Shown piece by piece: positions 1 through 8,827 of a stretch of 63,561 nt of DNA. The notes beneath the pieces are model-generated. The model was not told the DNA's origin. It saw only the letters and a program-made list of their open reading frames with translations, and did no database searches. Made by a program: the position numbers and the translations under genes. Origin of the DNA: Symbiobacterium thermophilum. Its GTDB lineage: Bacteria > Bacillota > Sulfobacillia > UBA995. The stretch spans positions 1-63,561 of the forward strand of contig DYFO01000005.1 of assembly GCA_020725145.1 (NCBI GenBank). Reading direction: 5' to 3'. The number at the start of each line of letters is the position of its first letter. Position 1 is the stretch's first letter.

Positions 1-109
1 CGGGACCGGGTGGTTGGCCGACGCTCTGTCGGTGCTCGTCAGGTGATTCGGTCTCACAGGTAGTTCCGGCGAAAGCCCGAAGAAAAATCAGCGGCGCTGG
101 TAATCCTCC

Positions 110-138
110 GTGACATTGGTGACAGTTTGAAGTACAAT
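110..138 (+). promoter_or_regulatory. sigma-A-like promoter of the XRE/ImmA/PIN operon
   Basis: GTGACA (110-115), 17-nt spacer, TACAAT (133-138). Confidence 0.55.
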
Positions 139-150
139 GAGAGCTGGAAC

Positions 151-165
151 GTAACTCCGAGTTAC
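151..165. promoter_or_regulatory. palindromic operator, probably bound by the XRE protein
   Basis: Perfect inverted repeat GTAACTC-c-GAGTTAC just downstream of the -10 box. Confidence 0.5.
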
Positions 166-193
166 CTCCACCGGGTGAGAGGGGAGAGCAATT

Positions 194-523
194 ATGACTT
201 ACCGGGAGGTAGGCCGGCGCATCCGGGAGGTACGAGAACGCCTGGGGCTGACTCAGGACGCTGTGGCCCGGCACCTGGGAGTCACCCGTCCGGTTGTGTC
301 CAACATCGAACGAGGGAAGCGCCCGCTCACGCTGGAGGAACTGGACAAGCTGGCTGACCTGTTTGGGTACTCCCCAGGCCACTTCCTCCAGGGAGAACCG
401 GAAGACGCCGTGGCCGTCATTTTCCGAGCTCGAGAACTGGACGAAGAGGACCTGGGCAAGCTGTCCTGGCTGCACGGGTTCCTGCGGGATTTCTGGGAGA
501 TCCGGAACCGGAAGAGGGTGTGA
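194..523 (+). CDS. XRE-family helix-turn-helix regulator
   Basis: IREVRERLGLTQDAVARHLGVTRPVVSNIERGKR is a typical HTH_3 pattern; GGGGAG SD upstream. Confidence 0.9.
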   Translation: MTYREVGRRIREVRERLGLTQDAVARHLGVTRPVVSNIERGKRPLTLEELDKLADLFGYSPGHFLQGEPEDAVAVIFRARELDEEDLGKLSWLHGFLRDFWEIRNRKRV

Positions 524-1284
524 CCGTGTCCGGAAGTAGCCTCGTCTCCCAGATGGCCCGCGACGCCCGTCGGCGCCTGGGGTTGTCCGAAGATATTCCG
601 ATCCGGGACCTGTTCCGCCTCCTGGACCAGAAGGGGCTTCGGGTCATCCGCTACCCGTTTGGCTTCCGCAAGGCGTCTGCCCTGCTGGCCAGGTACCAGG
701 GTGAGCATTTCATCGTCGTGGACTCCACCCGGAGCTTGGGGCACCAGGTGTTCTCTGTGGCCCACGAGTATGGTCACTTCCTCCTGCACCGGGACCGGCT
801 GGCGTTCGTCTGTGACCCGTCCTACCCCGACATCGGGTCTGCGGAAGTCGAGCGCTGGGCCAACCGTTTCGCAGCCGAGTTCCTGATGCCCCGGGCGGCG
901 CTGGAACGCTGGCTGGTCGAACATGGGCTTGCAAATGACCGGGTGTCGCTCTTTGACGCTGTGCGGCTGCAGCAGGCCATCGGGGTCAGCTGCGAGGCCA
1001 TAGTGTACCGGCTGGCGGAGCTGGGCCTCATCACCCCGGACCAGCGGCTGGCCTGGGTCCAGGAGTCGCCGGTGCGGCTGGCCCGGAAGTTGGGCCTGCA
1101 GACCGACCTTTACCTTCCGGATAACGCCATCCAGGTGCCCGAAGAGTACCAAGTCCTGTGGGTGGAAGCCTACGAGACTGGGCAGGTGACCTTCGCCAGG
1201 CTGCAGGCCGCCCTGAAGCGGATTGGGGTGGGCGCCGGCAACCTCGACCTGCAGCACCCGGTGAGGGTCGAGGATGTTACCTAA
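520..1284 (+). CDS. ImmA/IrrE-family Zn metallopeptidase
   Basis: FSVAHEYGH (HExxH) and ERWANRFAAEFLMP motifs; GTGA overlap with the XRE gene. Confidence 0.9.
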   Translation: MTVSGSSLVSQMARDARRRLGLSEDIPIRDLFRLLDQKGLRVIRYPFGFRKASALLARYQGEHFIVVDSTRSLGHQVFSVAHEYGHFLLHRDRLAFVCDPSYPDIGSAEVERWANRFAAEFLMPRAALERWLVEHGLANDRVSLFDAVRLQQAIGVSCEAIVYRLAELGLITPDQRLAWVQESPVRLARKLGLQTDLYLPDNAIQVPEEYQVLWVEAYETGQVTFARLQAALKRIGVGAGNLDLQHPVRVEDVT

Positions 1285-1816
1285 ACCTGTCGCCTGCGAT
1301 ACCAGTCTCCTGTCGTACTTTGTCCACGGAGGCATCTTCCACATCCTACAGGTGCTCTTCGCGGGTCGGCTATATGTGCCGCCTACGGTTGCCGCAGAGG
1401 CAGGGCGGACTCCCGTGGTGTGGGAGGCCGTTGCCGGCGCCCTGCGTGATGGGTGGCTACTCCGCGCCCACCTGTCGCCCGAGGAGTTGGCTGCAGCTGT
1501 GCGGGTTCGCCAGAACTATGGGCTGGACGATGGGGAGGCGGAGGCCGTCGCCCTGGCCGCCAGGCGTGGAATGGTTCTGATTGGCGACGAGAGGCCGGGA
1601 CGCGCGGCTGCAACCAGCCTGGGCGTCCTGGTGACCGGCAGCATGGGTGTTCTCTACAAAGCGGTTGAGACTGGGGCACTCACGGTGGACGAGGCGGACA
1701 CAGCTATTTCGCGGATGCGGTCGGCCAGGCAGTGGTTGCCTGTGCAGCGGTACCAGGACGTGAAGGCGTTCGTGGACGCCAACCCGCTGCGGGCGGACTG
1801 GCTTAAGAACTTGTAA
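1274..1816 (+). CDS. PIN-domain (DUF3368-like) putative ribonuclease toxin
   Basis: VACDTS N-terminus, LDDGEAEAVALA, LIGDERPGR and VTGSMGVL motifs. Confidence 0.8.
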   Translation: MLPKPVACDTSLLSYFVHGGIFHILQVLFAGRLYVPPTVAAEAGRTPVVWEAVAGALRDGWLLRAHLSPEELAAAVRVRQNYGLDDGEAEAVALAARRGMVLIGDERPGRAAATSLGVLVTGSMGVLYKAVETGALTVDEADTAISRMRSARQWLPVQRYQDVKAFVDANPLRADWLKNL

Positions 1817-1841
1817 GCGACAGAGGATCAGAGAGTTCTCA

Positions 1842-1871
1842 AACGGACGGGGCGCTCCCCCGTCCGTTCTT
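1842..1871 (+). terminator. intrinsic terminator-like hairpin
   Basis: AACGGACGGGG-cgctc-CCCCGTCCGTT, 11-bp stem followed by CTT. Confidence 0.6.
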
Positions 1872-2299
1872 GCTGACTTCCACGGCCAGTCAAACCAGGA
1901 GGAGGAACACGGTGTGAAGTTGCTGCAACCTTGCGGGCTCCGTCTGACCGAGACCAGCACCGTCCGCCTGGCCCTGGGGGGACCGCGAACTCCAGTACGG
2001 GGGTCCGCTGGGACTCCCCGTCGCTAGCCGCTGGGTCTCCGCGCGGGTCGGGTGGTCCGACCGATGGGGCTGGTACGCTGCCTACTGCCAGCAACTTGAG
2101 GACGGCGGTGCCCTTTGGGATCTGTGCAGCCGGGGCAGCGCCAAGGCAACTCACTCCCCGCAAGGGGAGAGGCGGGTATCCCCAAGCGGGTCGGGGCCCG
2201 AAGGCCTCGGCCCTTCTTGTGCATCCATCTGGAAAGGGAGCGGTGCTCCTCTCCACGGCCCAAGCCGGCGGATTGCGCGCCCCGTGATCGGTTGATTTC

Positions 2300-3270
2300 G
2301 CCGTGCGTTTGTGGCTGCTGGCGTCTATGCTATACTATCTTCGGTGAGCATCCAGAATGCCCAGATACCACCAACCGCGCCTATACCGAACCGCTGAAGC
2401 CGCGGTGATGCTGGGCGTCCACAAGGACACCCTGCGCCGGTGGGAGAAGAAAGGAAAGATCAGGGCCGTCTGGTTAGGCCGGGAGCGCCGCTTTTCGGAG
2501 GACGAGATCCGGTGCCCCCTGGGCGAGTCCAATCCGGACGTCGCGGTGCTTTACGCCCGCGTGTCGGGACACGACCAGAAGGCGGACCTTCAGAGGCAGG
2601 TGGAAGCGCTAAAGGAAGCAACCGGTTCCCGGTTTTCTGAGACGGTGGTACTGACCGACGTCGGTTCCGGCCTTTCCAGCGATCGCAGGGGCCTGCGGAA
2701 GGCTTTGCGGATGGCCCGGGAGAGGAAGATACGGGCCGTGGCGGTCACCCACCCCGACCGCCTGACGCGGTTCGGCTTGGAGTACCTGAAGGAATACCTC
2801 AATAGCTTTGGCTCAAGGTGCTGGTGCTCAACCGGGAAGCGGACAGAAGCCCCCAACAAGAGCTAGTGGAAGACCTGCTGACCATAGTCCCTTCCTTCGT
2901 CGGCAAGCTGTACGGCCACAGGTCGCACAAGGTAAGAAAGCCGAAGGCGGAAGTGAAGGGGGCGCTCGAACGCCTTGGTACTGACGACGGGCATAAGACT
3001 TCCGGGTGAGTTTGTCGGGCCGTTGACGAACCTCGTCGCGCTTGGCTTGCAGTTCAAGGAGCAGGTCCTGGTGCGCTATCGGTCCCCTGAGGGGTTGGAA
3101 AAGGTCGCGGCCCCCTCCGGCCAAATCTGGAAGCTCCTTGACGGAGAGGTCTCCCGCCCGCAGGTCCTCTACGGATGTTGTAGCGGAGGCGCAAGTCTCT
3201 GGCGAGAGCCGGGGAGAGGTAGCGGTGGTTCCCCTCAAAACCCCCCGGCTCTAGCCGTGGGGAGGTTCAG
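2300..3270 (+). mobile_element. degenerate IS607/IS200-605-type element: tnpA pseudogene, tnpB largely deleted, right end retained
   Basis: Right-end hairpin CCCCCGGCTCTAGCCGTGGGGAGGTTCA at 3241-3269; left boundary approximate. Confidence 0.65.
2357..3009 (+). pseudogene. tnpA: IS607-family TnpA serine recombinase, frameshifted
   Basis: N-terminal MerR-like HTH (AAVMLGVHKDTLRRWEKKG), YARVS catalytic motif, DRLTRFG; frameshift near 2813 continuing as VLVLNRE...QELVEDLLTIVPSFVGKLYGHRSHK. Confidence 0.85.
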
Positions 3271-3391
3271 CTCTACCACGACCTTCGGCTACGTCAGCAG
3301 CGTAACCGCAGCGAACATCGGCTTCCTGGTCAACCTCTTGAACATGCATAGTTGTGCCTAGCTAAATCTAGCGTGGGAGGAACGGTGAGAA

Positions 3392-4327
3392 GTGAGCGAG
3401 ATCAAGCGGTCTATCCTGGAGGCGATCGGGTGTACTCCCCTGGTCGAGCTGCAGAGGGTTCGACCTTCCGGCAGTCGCATCCTGGTCAAGATGGAAGCGC
3501 TCAACCCGGGAGGAAGCGTCAAGTGCCGGCCCGCGTATGCCATGATCCGCGCCGCCGAGGCCCAGGGCCTGCTCCGACCGGGTTCGGTGATCGTCGAGGC
3601 CACCAGCGGCAACCAGGGCATCGCGCTGTCCATGGTCGGTGCCGCACTGGGCTACCGGGTGAGGATCGTGATGCCGGCCAACATGAGCCAGGAGCGCCAG
3701 GCGATCATCCGGGCTTACGGCGCGGATCTTGTGCTCACCGATCCGGGAGCGGACATCGGGGAGGCCATCCGCAATGCCCTGGCTGCCGTCGAGCAGATGG
3801 CCCAAGAGGATCCCCGCGTGTTCGTGGCAGGGCAGTTCAACAACCCGGCCAACCCCCGTTCCCACTACGAGACCACCGGCTCGGAGATCGTCGAGCAGGT
3901 AGGCGAGCAGGGTCCGGTCCACGCTTTCGTGTCCGGCATCGGCACCGGCGGCACCATCACCGGTGTGGGCAGGCTTCTGAAAAAGACCTACCCAGGTTGT
4001 CTGGTGGTGGCCGCCGAACCCGAGAAAGCTCCGTTGATCTCCGGGGGCCAGGTCGGCCATCACCTGCAGCAAGGGATCGGGGACGGCATCATGCCCTCCA
4101 TACTCGATCCCGACCTCGTCGACGAGACGGTGCTGGTCAGCGACGAGGACGCGGTGGCCACCGCGGCGCGTCTGGCCCGCGAGGAAGGGCTTTTCGTCGG
4201 CGTCTCCTCCGGAACCAATGTGTACGCCGCGCTCCGGGTGGCCGAGCGAATGGGCCCCGGCAAGACGGTGGTCACGCTATGTCCCGACACCGGGGAGCGG
4301 TACCTGAGCATGGGGGTGCTGGGGTAG
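3392..4327 (+). CDS. cysK: cysteine synthase (O-acetylserine sulfhydrylase)
   Basis: NPGGSVKCR (PLP Lys), EATSGNQG, GIGTGGT, QGIG and PDTGERYLS motifs. Confidence 0.9.
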   Translation: MSEIKRSILEAIGCTPLVELQRVRPSGSRILVKMEALNPGGSVKCRPAYAMIRAAEAQGLLRPGSVIVEATSGNQGIALSMVGAALGYRVRIVMPANMSQERQAIIRAYGADLVLTDPGADIGEAIRNALAAVEQMAQEDPRVFVAGQFNNPANPRSHYETTGSEIVEQVGEQGPVHAFVSGIGTGGTITGVGRLLKKTYPGCLVVAAEPEKAPLISGGQVGHHLQQGIGDGIMPSILDPDLVDETVLVSDEDAVATAARLAREEGLFVGVSSGTNVYAALRVAERMGPGKTVVTLCPDTGERYLSMGVLG

Positions 4328-4360
4328 GCTAAAGGAGGCGGCACCGCAAAGGGCAGTGAT

Positions 4361-4643
4361 GGGGCCGAGCCAGGCGGAGCGCAGTTTGAAACCCTGACTC
4401 CTGCCGGTCTTGGCCGGAGGCGGCCCGGGCACAGGTCAAGACGCACCCGGGGCTGCGATCACAGCGGGAGCAACCGGTTATGAACGCCGGTCCCCAGGTC
4501 GGTGAGAGACCGGCCCTCCGGCCAACAGGTTTATGGGGAGCCAGGGCATGACCCTCGCCATCTTCGGCCGCGCCGCCGGCAACGTACCGGCAGACACCTG
4601 GCGGTAGGGCCGGGTGTTCGATCCCGCCGCTCCGCTCGGCACC
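4361..4643. other. unassigned highly structured intergenic element (candidate ncRNA)
   Basis: Nested helices 4374-4381/4628-4635, 4392-4401/4537-4546 and 4410-4420/4515-4525, plus several internal hairpins. Confidence 0.45.
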
Positions 4644-4647
4644 GGGT

Positions 4648-4676
4648 TGACAGCTCCCGCGTCGTCTGCTAAGGTA
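4648..4676 (+). promoter_or_regulatory. sigma-A promoter of the pyr operon
   Basis: TTGACA, 17 nt, TAAGGT with TG extension. Confidence 0.7.
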
Positions 4677-4696
4677 TTGGCAAGAAGAGCCGCTGG

Positions 4697-5361
<665 letters not shown>

Positions 5362-5387
5362 CGGGTGGTAATCCTCAAGTGGCAGAC

Positions 5388-5485
5388 CCTTTAATCCGGC
5401 CCTGCGAGGCCGGCAAGGGCAAGACGCGACAGGGCGCTCGGAGCGACCTCCCTACTCCCGTTGATGGGAGCGGGGAGGTTTTCTT
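5388..5485 (+). promoter_or_regulatory. PyrR-binding attenuator 2
   Basis: CCTTTAA-TCCGGCCCTGCGAGGCCGG-CAAGG followed by a terminator hairpin at 5445-5485. Confidence 0.8.
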
Positions 5486-5518
5486 GTCGGCGCCCATGAC
5501 AGGTCGGGGGGTTGCAGC

Positions 5519-6448
5519 ATGCGACTGAAAAGCAAGCACGTGCTGGGTCTGCGCGAGATGGAGGCCGAGGAGATCAACCTCGTGCTGGACACGGCCGACT
5601 CCATGAAGGAGATCATCGGCCGCGAGATCAAGAAAGTTCCCACCCTTCGGGGGAGGACGCTGGTCACGCTGTTTTACGAGCCCAGCACGCGGACCAGGAC
5701 ATCCTTCGAGCTTGCCGGCAAGTACATGAGCGCGGACACCGTGAACATCGCCACCACCACCTCGGCGGTGGTCAAGGGAGAGACGCTCAAGGACACCGCC
5801 CGCACCCTGGAGATGATGGGGACCGACGTGCTGGTCATGCGCCACCCCATCTCGGGGTCCTGCCACCTCCTTGCCCGCACGGTGAGCTGCTCGGTGATCA
5901 ACGCCGGCGACGGCATGCACGAGCATCCCTCCCAGGGCCTGCTCGACCTTTACACCATCAGGCAGAAGAAAGGGAAGATCGCCGGGCTGCGGGTGGCCAT
6001 CGTGGGCGACATCCTGCACAGCAGGGTGGCCCGCTCCAACCTCTGGGGTCTCACCAAGCTGGGAGCGGAGGTGGTAGTGACCGGGCCGAGCACCCTGCTA
6101 CCGCCGGCGGCGCAGGAGCTCGGCGTACGGGCCACCAGCCGGGTCGAGGAGGCCCTGGAGGGGGCGGATGTGGTGAACGTGCTGCGGTTGCAGCTGGAAC
6201 GGCAGAAGGGGGGCCTCTTCCCCTCCATCCGCGAGTACTCGCGGATGTTCGGGGTCAACCGTGAGCGGCTGGCCCTGGCCAAACCGGACGTGCTGCTGAT
6301 GCATCCCGGGCCCATGAACCGGGGAGTGGAGCTAAGCTCGGAGGTGGCCGACTCGGTGTACTCCAGCATCAACGAACAGGTGACCAACGGGGTGGCGGTG
6401 CGCATGGCCCTCCTGTACCTGCTGCTGGGAGGAGGTGAGGCGGCGTGA
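5519..6448 (+). CDS. pyrB: aspartate carbamoyltransferase catalytic subunit
   Basis: [23 protein letters not shown] and [10 protein letters not shown] motifs. Confidence 0.97.
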   Translation: MRLKSKHVLGLREMEAEEINLVLDTADSMKEIIGREIKKVPTLRGRTLVTLFYEPSTRTRTSFELAGKYMSADTVNIATTTSAVVKGETLKDTARTLEMMGTDVLVMRHPISGSCHLLARTVSCSVINAGDGMHEHPSQGLLDLYTIRQKKGKIAGLRVAIVGDILHSRVARSNLWGLTKLGAEVVVTGPSTLLPPAAQELGVRATSRVEEALEGADVVNVLRLQLERQKGGLFPSIREYSRMFGVNRERLALAKPDVLLMHPGPMNRGVELSSEVADSVYSSINEQVTNGVAVRMALLYLLLGGGEAA

Positions 6449-7716
6449 GGCTGCTCATCAGCGGAGGCAGGATCCTCGACCCCCAACGGGGAGTGGACGG
6501 CGAAGGAGACCTTCTGGTCGACGGCGACCGCATCGGCGAGGGAACCCGGGCGGACAGGGTGATCGACGCCCGGGGCCTGCTGGTAGTTCCCGGTCTCATC
6601 GATCTGCACACGCATCTGCGCGAACCCGGTTTTGAGTACAAGGAGGATCTGGTGTCGGGAACGCACGCCGCCGCACGAGGCGGCTTCACCACCGTGGTGG
6701 CCATGGCCAACACCAGCCCGGTCTCGGACTGCCGGGCGACGGTGGAATGGGTCATCGGGGCGGCGCGCGCGCGGGCCGTGGTGAACGTGCTACCGGTGGG
6801 GGCGGTCTCCAAGGGGCAAAAAGGCGAGGAGCTGGCCGAGATCGGCGACATGGCGGCGGCCGGGGCTGTCGCCTTCTCCGACGACGGCAAACCGGTGACG
6901 AACGGCGAGCTGATGCGGTGCGCGCTGCAGTATGCGGCCATGTGGGGGAGGCCGGTGATCACCCACTGCGAGGACCGTCAACTGGCAGGGGAGGGGGTCA
7001 TGCATCTGGGCTACTGGTCAACGGTGCTGGGGCTGCGGGGTATCCCGGCGGCAGCCGAAGCCGCCATGGTGGCCCGCGACATCATGCTGGCCGAGCTGAC
7101 CGGCGGCCGGCTGCACCTGGCCCACCTGTCCACCGCGCGCAGCGTCGAGCTGGTGCGCGAGGCCAAGGCCAGGGGCCTGGCGGTGACGGCCGAGGTGACC
7201 CCGCACCACCTCTTGCTGACCGATGAGGCGGTGGCCACCTCGGGCTTCGATACCGACACCAAGGTCAACCCTCCCCTCCGTACCCCGGCGGATGTGGCGG
7301 CGCTGCTCGAGGGGCTGCGCGACGGCACCATCGACGCCATCGCCACCGACCACGCTCCTCACCACCAGGACGACAAGGATGTGGAGTACAACTACGCGGC
7401 CTCCGGCATCTCCGGCCTGGAGACGGCCCTGGCGCTGGTGCTCGACCGTCTGGTGGGACAAGGTCTGCTTGAACTGGGCCAGGCGGTGCGTGCCCTTACC
7501 GCGGGACCTGCCCGGGTGCTGGGGCTGGACCGGGGGACGCTGGCCCCCGGCGCTCCTGCCGACGTCACCGTCATCGACCCCTCCCGGGAGTGGACGGTGG
7601 AGCCCGCTCTGTTCGCCTCGCGCGGACGCAACACGCCCTTCAAGGGCTGGAAACTGCGGGGGCAGGCGGTGCTGACCTTGGTTGGAGGCAGAATCGTTCA
7701 CGAGGCGATTGCATGA
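6445..7716 (+). CDS. pyrC: dihydroorotase
   Basis: [24 protein letters not shown] and ATDHAPH motifs. Confidence 0.96.
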   Translation: MRLLISGGRILDPQRGVDGEGDLLVDGDRIGEGTRADRVIDARGLLVVPGLIDLHTHLREPGFEYKEDLVSGTHAAARGGFTTVVAMANTSPVSDCRATVEWVIGAARARAVVNVLPVGAVSKGQKGEELAEIGDMAAAGAVAFSDDGKPVTNGELMRCALQYAAMWGRPVITHCEDRQLAGEGVMHLGYWSTVLGLRGIPAAAEAAMVARDIMLAELTGGRLHLAHLSTARSVELVREAKARGLAVTAEVTPHHLLLTDEAVATSGFDTDTKVNPPLRTPADVAALLEGLRDGTIDAIATDHAPHHQDDKDVEYNYAASGISGLETALALVLDRLVGQGLLELGQAVRALTAGPARVLGLDRGTLAPGAPADVTVIDPSREWTVEPALFASRGRNTPFKGWKLRGQAVLTLVGGRIVHEAIA

Positions 7717-7737
7717 TCATACGAAAGCAGGTATAAT
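7709..7737 (+). promoter_or_regulatory. internal sigma-A promoter for carAB overlapping an ARG-box-like site
   Basis: TTGCAT, 17 nt, TATAAT; TGCATGATCATACG at 7710-7723. Confidence 0.6.
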
Positions 7738-7771
7738 GTTGCCTCAAAAGGCTGGCTGGGAGGTCGATAGC

Positions 7772-8815
7772 GTGGTGACCGGCTGGCTCGTGCTGGAAGA
7801 CGGTACCCGGTTCGAGGGACGGCTTTTCGGCGCAGGCCAAGAGGCAAGCGGAGAGGTGGTCTGCAACACCGGGGTCACGGGGTACCAGGAGGCGCTCACC
7901 GATCCGGCCTGCTGCGGCCAGATCGTGGTGCTGAGCTACCCCGTGATCGGCAACCTGGGGGCGAGCCTTCGCAGTTGCGAATCTCCCCGACCCTACCTGA
8001 AGGGGCTGGTGGTCAGGCAACTCGCCGACCACCGTGACGACGGGCCCGGCGAGCTGGAGTGGTATCTGCGCGGGCACGGGGTGGTGGGTCTGGAGGAGGT
8101 CGACACCCGGGCTCTGGTCAGGCACCTGCGGGAGCGCGGCAGCCTGCGGGGCGTGATCTCCACCTCGCCACAGGCTTCCGTCGGGCCGGGGGTGGAAGGC
8201 CCACGGGTGGCCGAGGTCACCACGCCCTGGCCCTACCGCATCTACGGCGACGGTCCCCGCGTGGTGGTGGTGGACTGCGGGTTGCGGCTGAGCACGCTGC
8301 GGGCCCTGGTCGACCGTTACGACTGCGATGTGACGGTGGTACCGGCCACCACCGGCGCTGCCGACATCCTGGACTTCCGTCCCGACGGGGTGCTGATCTC
8401 CAGCGGGCCGGGCCAGGCCGCCGACCTGCCGGGACTGGTGGAGACGGTCAGGAGTCTTCTGGGCAGGGTTCCCCTGTTCGGTATCGGCCTGGGACATCAA
8501 CTGCTGGGGCTGGCGCTGGGAGTCGGCACCCGCAGGCTGAAGTTCGGACACCGGGGCATGAACCACCCCGTGCGCGAGCTGGCAAGCGGCCGCATCCTGA
8601 TAACCGCCCAGAACCACGGCTTTGCGCTGGAGGAAGAAGGCGTGGCCGAGGCCGGGCTTGAGGTTACCCACCGGAGCTGTCACGACGGCACGGTGGAGGG
8701 GACCTGCCATCCGGGACTGCCGGTCTTCGGGGTCGACTTCCACCCCCAGTCTCCCCCGGGCCCCGCCGATGCCGCGCCGGCTTTTGAGCGTTTTTGGAAA
8801 CTCATCCAGTCATAG
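7772..8815 (+). CDS. carA: carbamoyl-phosphate synthase small subunit (catalytic Cys replaced by Gly)
   Basis: LEDGTRFEG, GYQEALTDP and KFGHRGMNHPV motifs; GIGLGHQ instead of GICLGHQ. Confidence 0.92.
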   Translation: MVTGWLVLEDGTRFEGRLFGAGQEASGEVVCNTGVTGYQEALTDPACCGQIVVLSYPVIGNLGASLRSCESPRPYLKGLVVRQLADHRDDGPGELEWYLRGHGVVGLEEVDTRALVRHLRERGSLRGVISTSPQASVGPGVEGPRVAEVTTPWPYRIYGDGPRVVVVDCGLRLSTLRALVDRYDCDVTVVPATTGAADILDFRPDGVLISSGPGQAADLPGLVETVRSLLGRVPLFGIGLGHQLLGLALGVGTRRLKFGHRGMNHPVRELASGRILITAQNHGFALEEEGVAEAGLEVTHRSCHDGTVEGTCHPGLPVFGVDFHPQSPPGPADAAPAFERFWKLIQS

Positions 8816-8827
8816 GAGGAATGCACA

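Noticed and set aside
1880-2350. S-box riboswitch for cysK, or group I intron (IStron) upstream of tnpA
   Set aside because: Lacks the ATC-AGAG P1 core of SAM-I and the P7 signature of group I introns
4361-4643. tmRNA, tRNA or 6S RNA call for the structured element
   Set aside because: A T-loop-like motif is present but there is no CCA end, D-arm/anticodon arm, tag reading frame or 6S consensus; left unassigned
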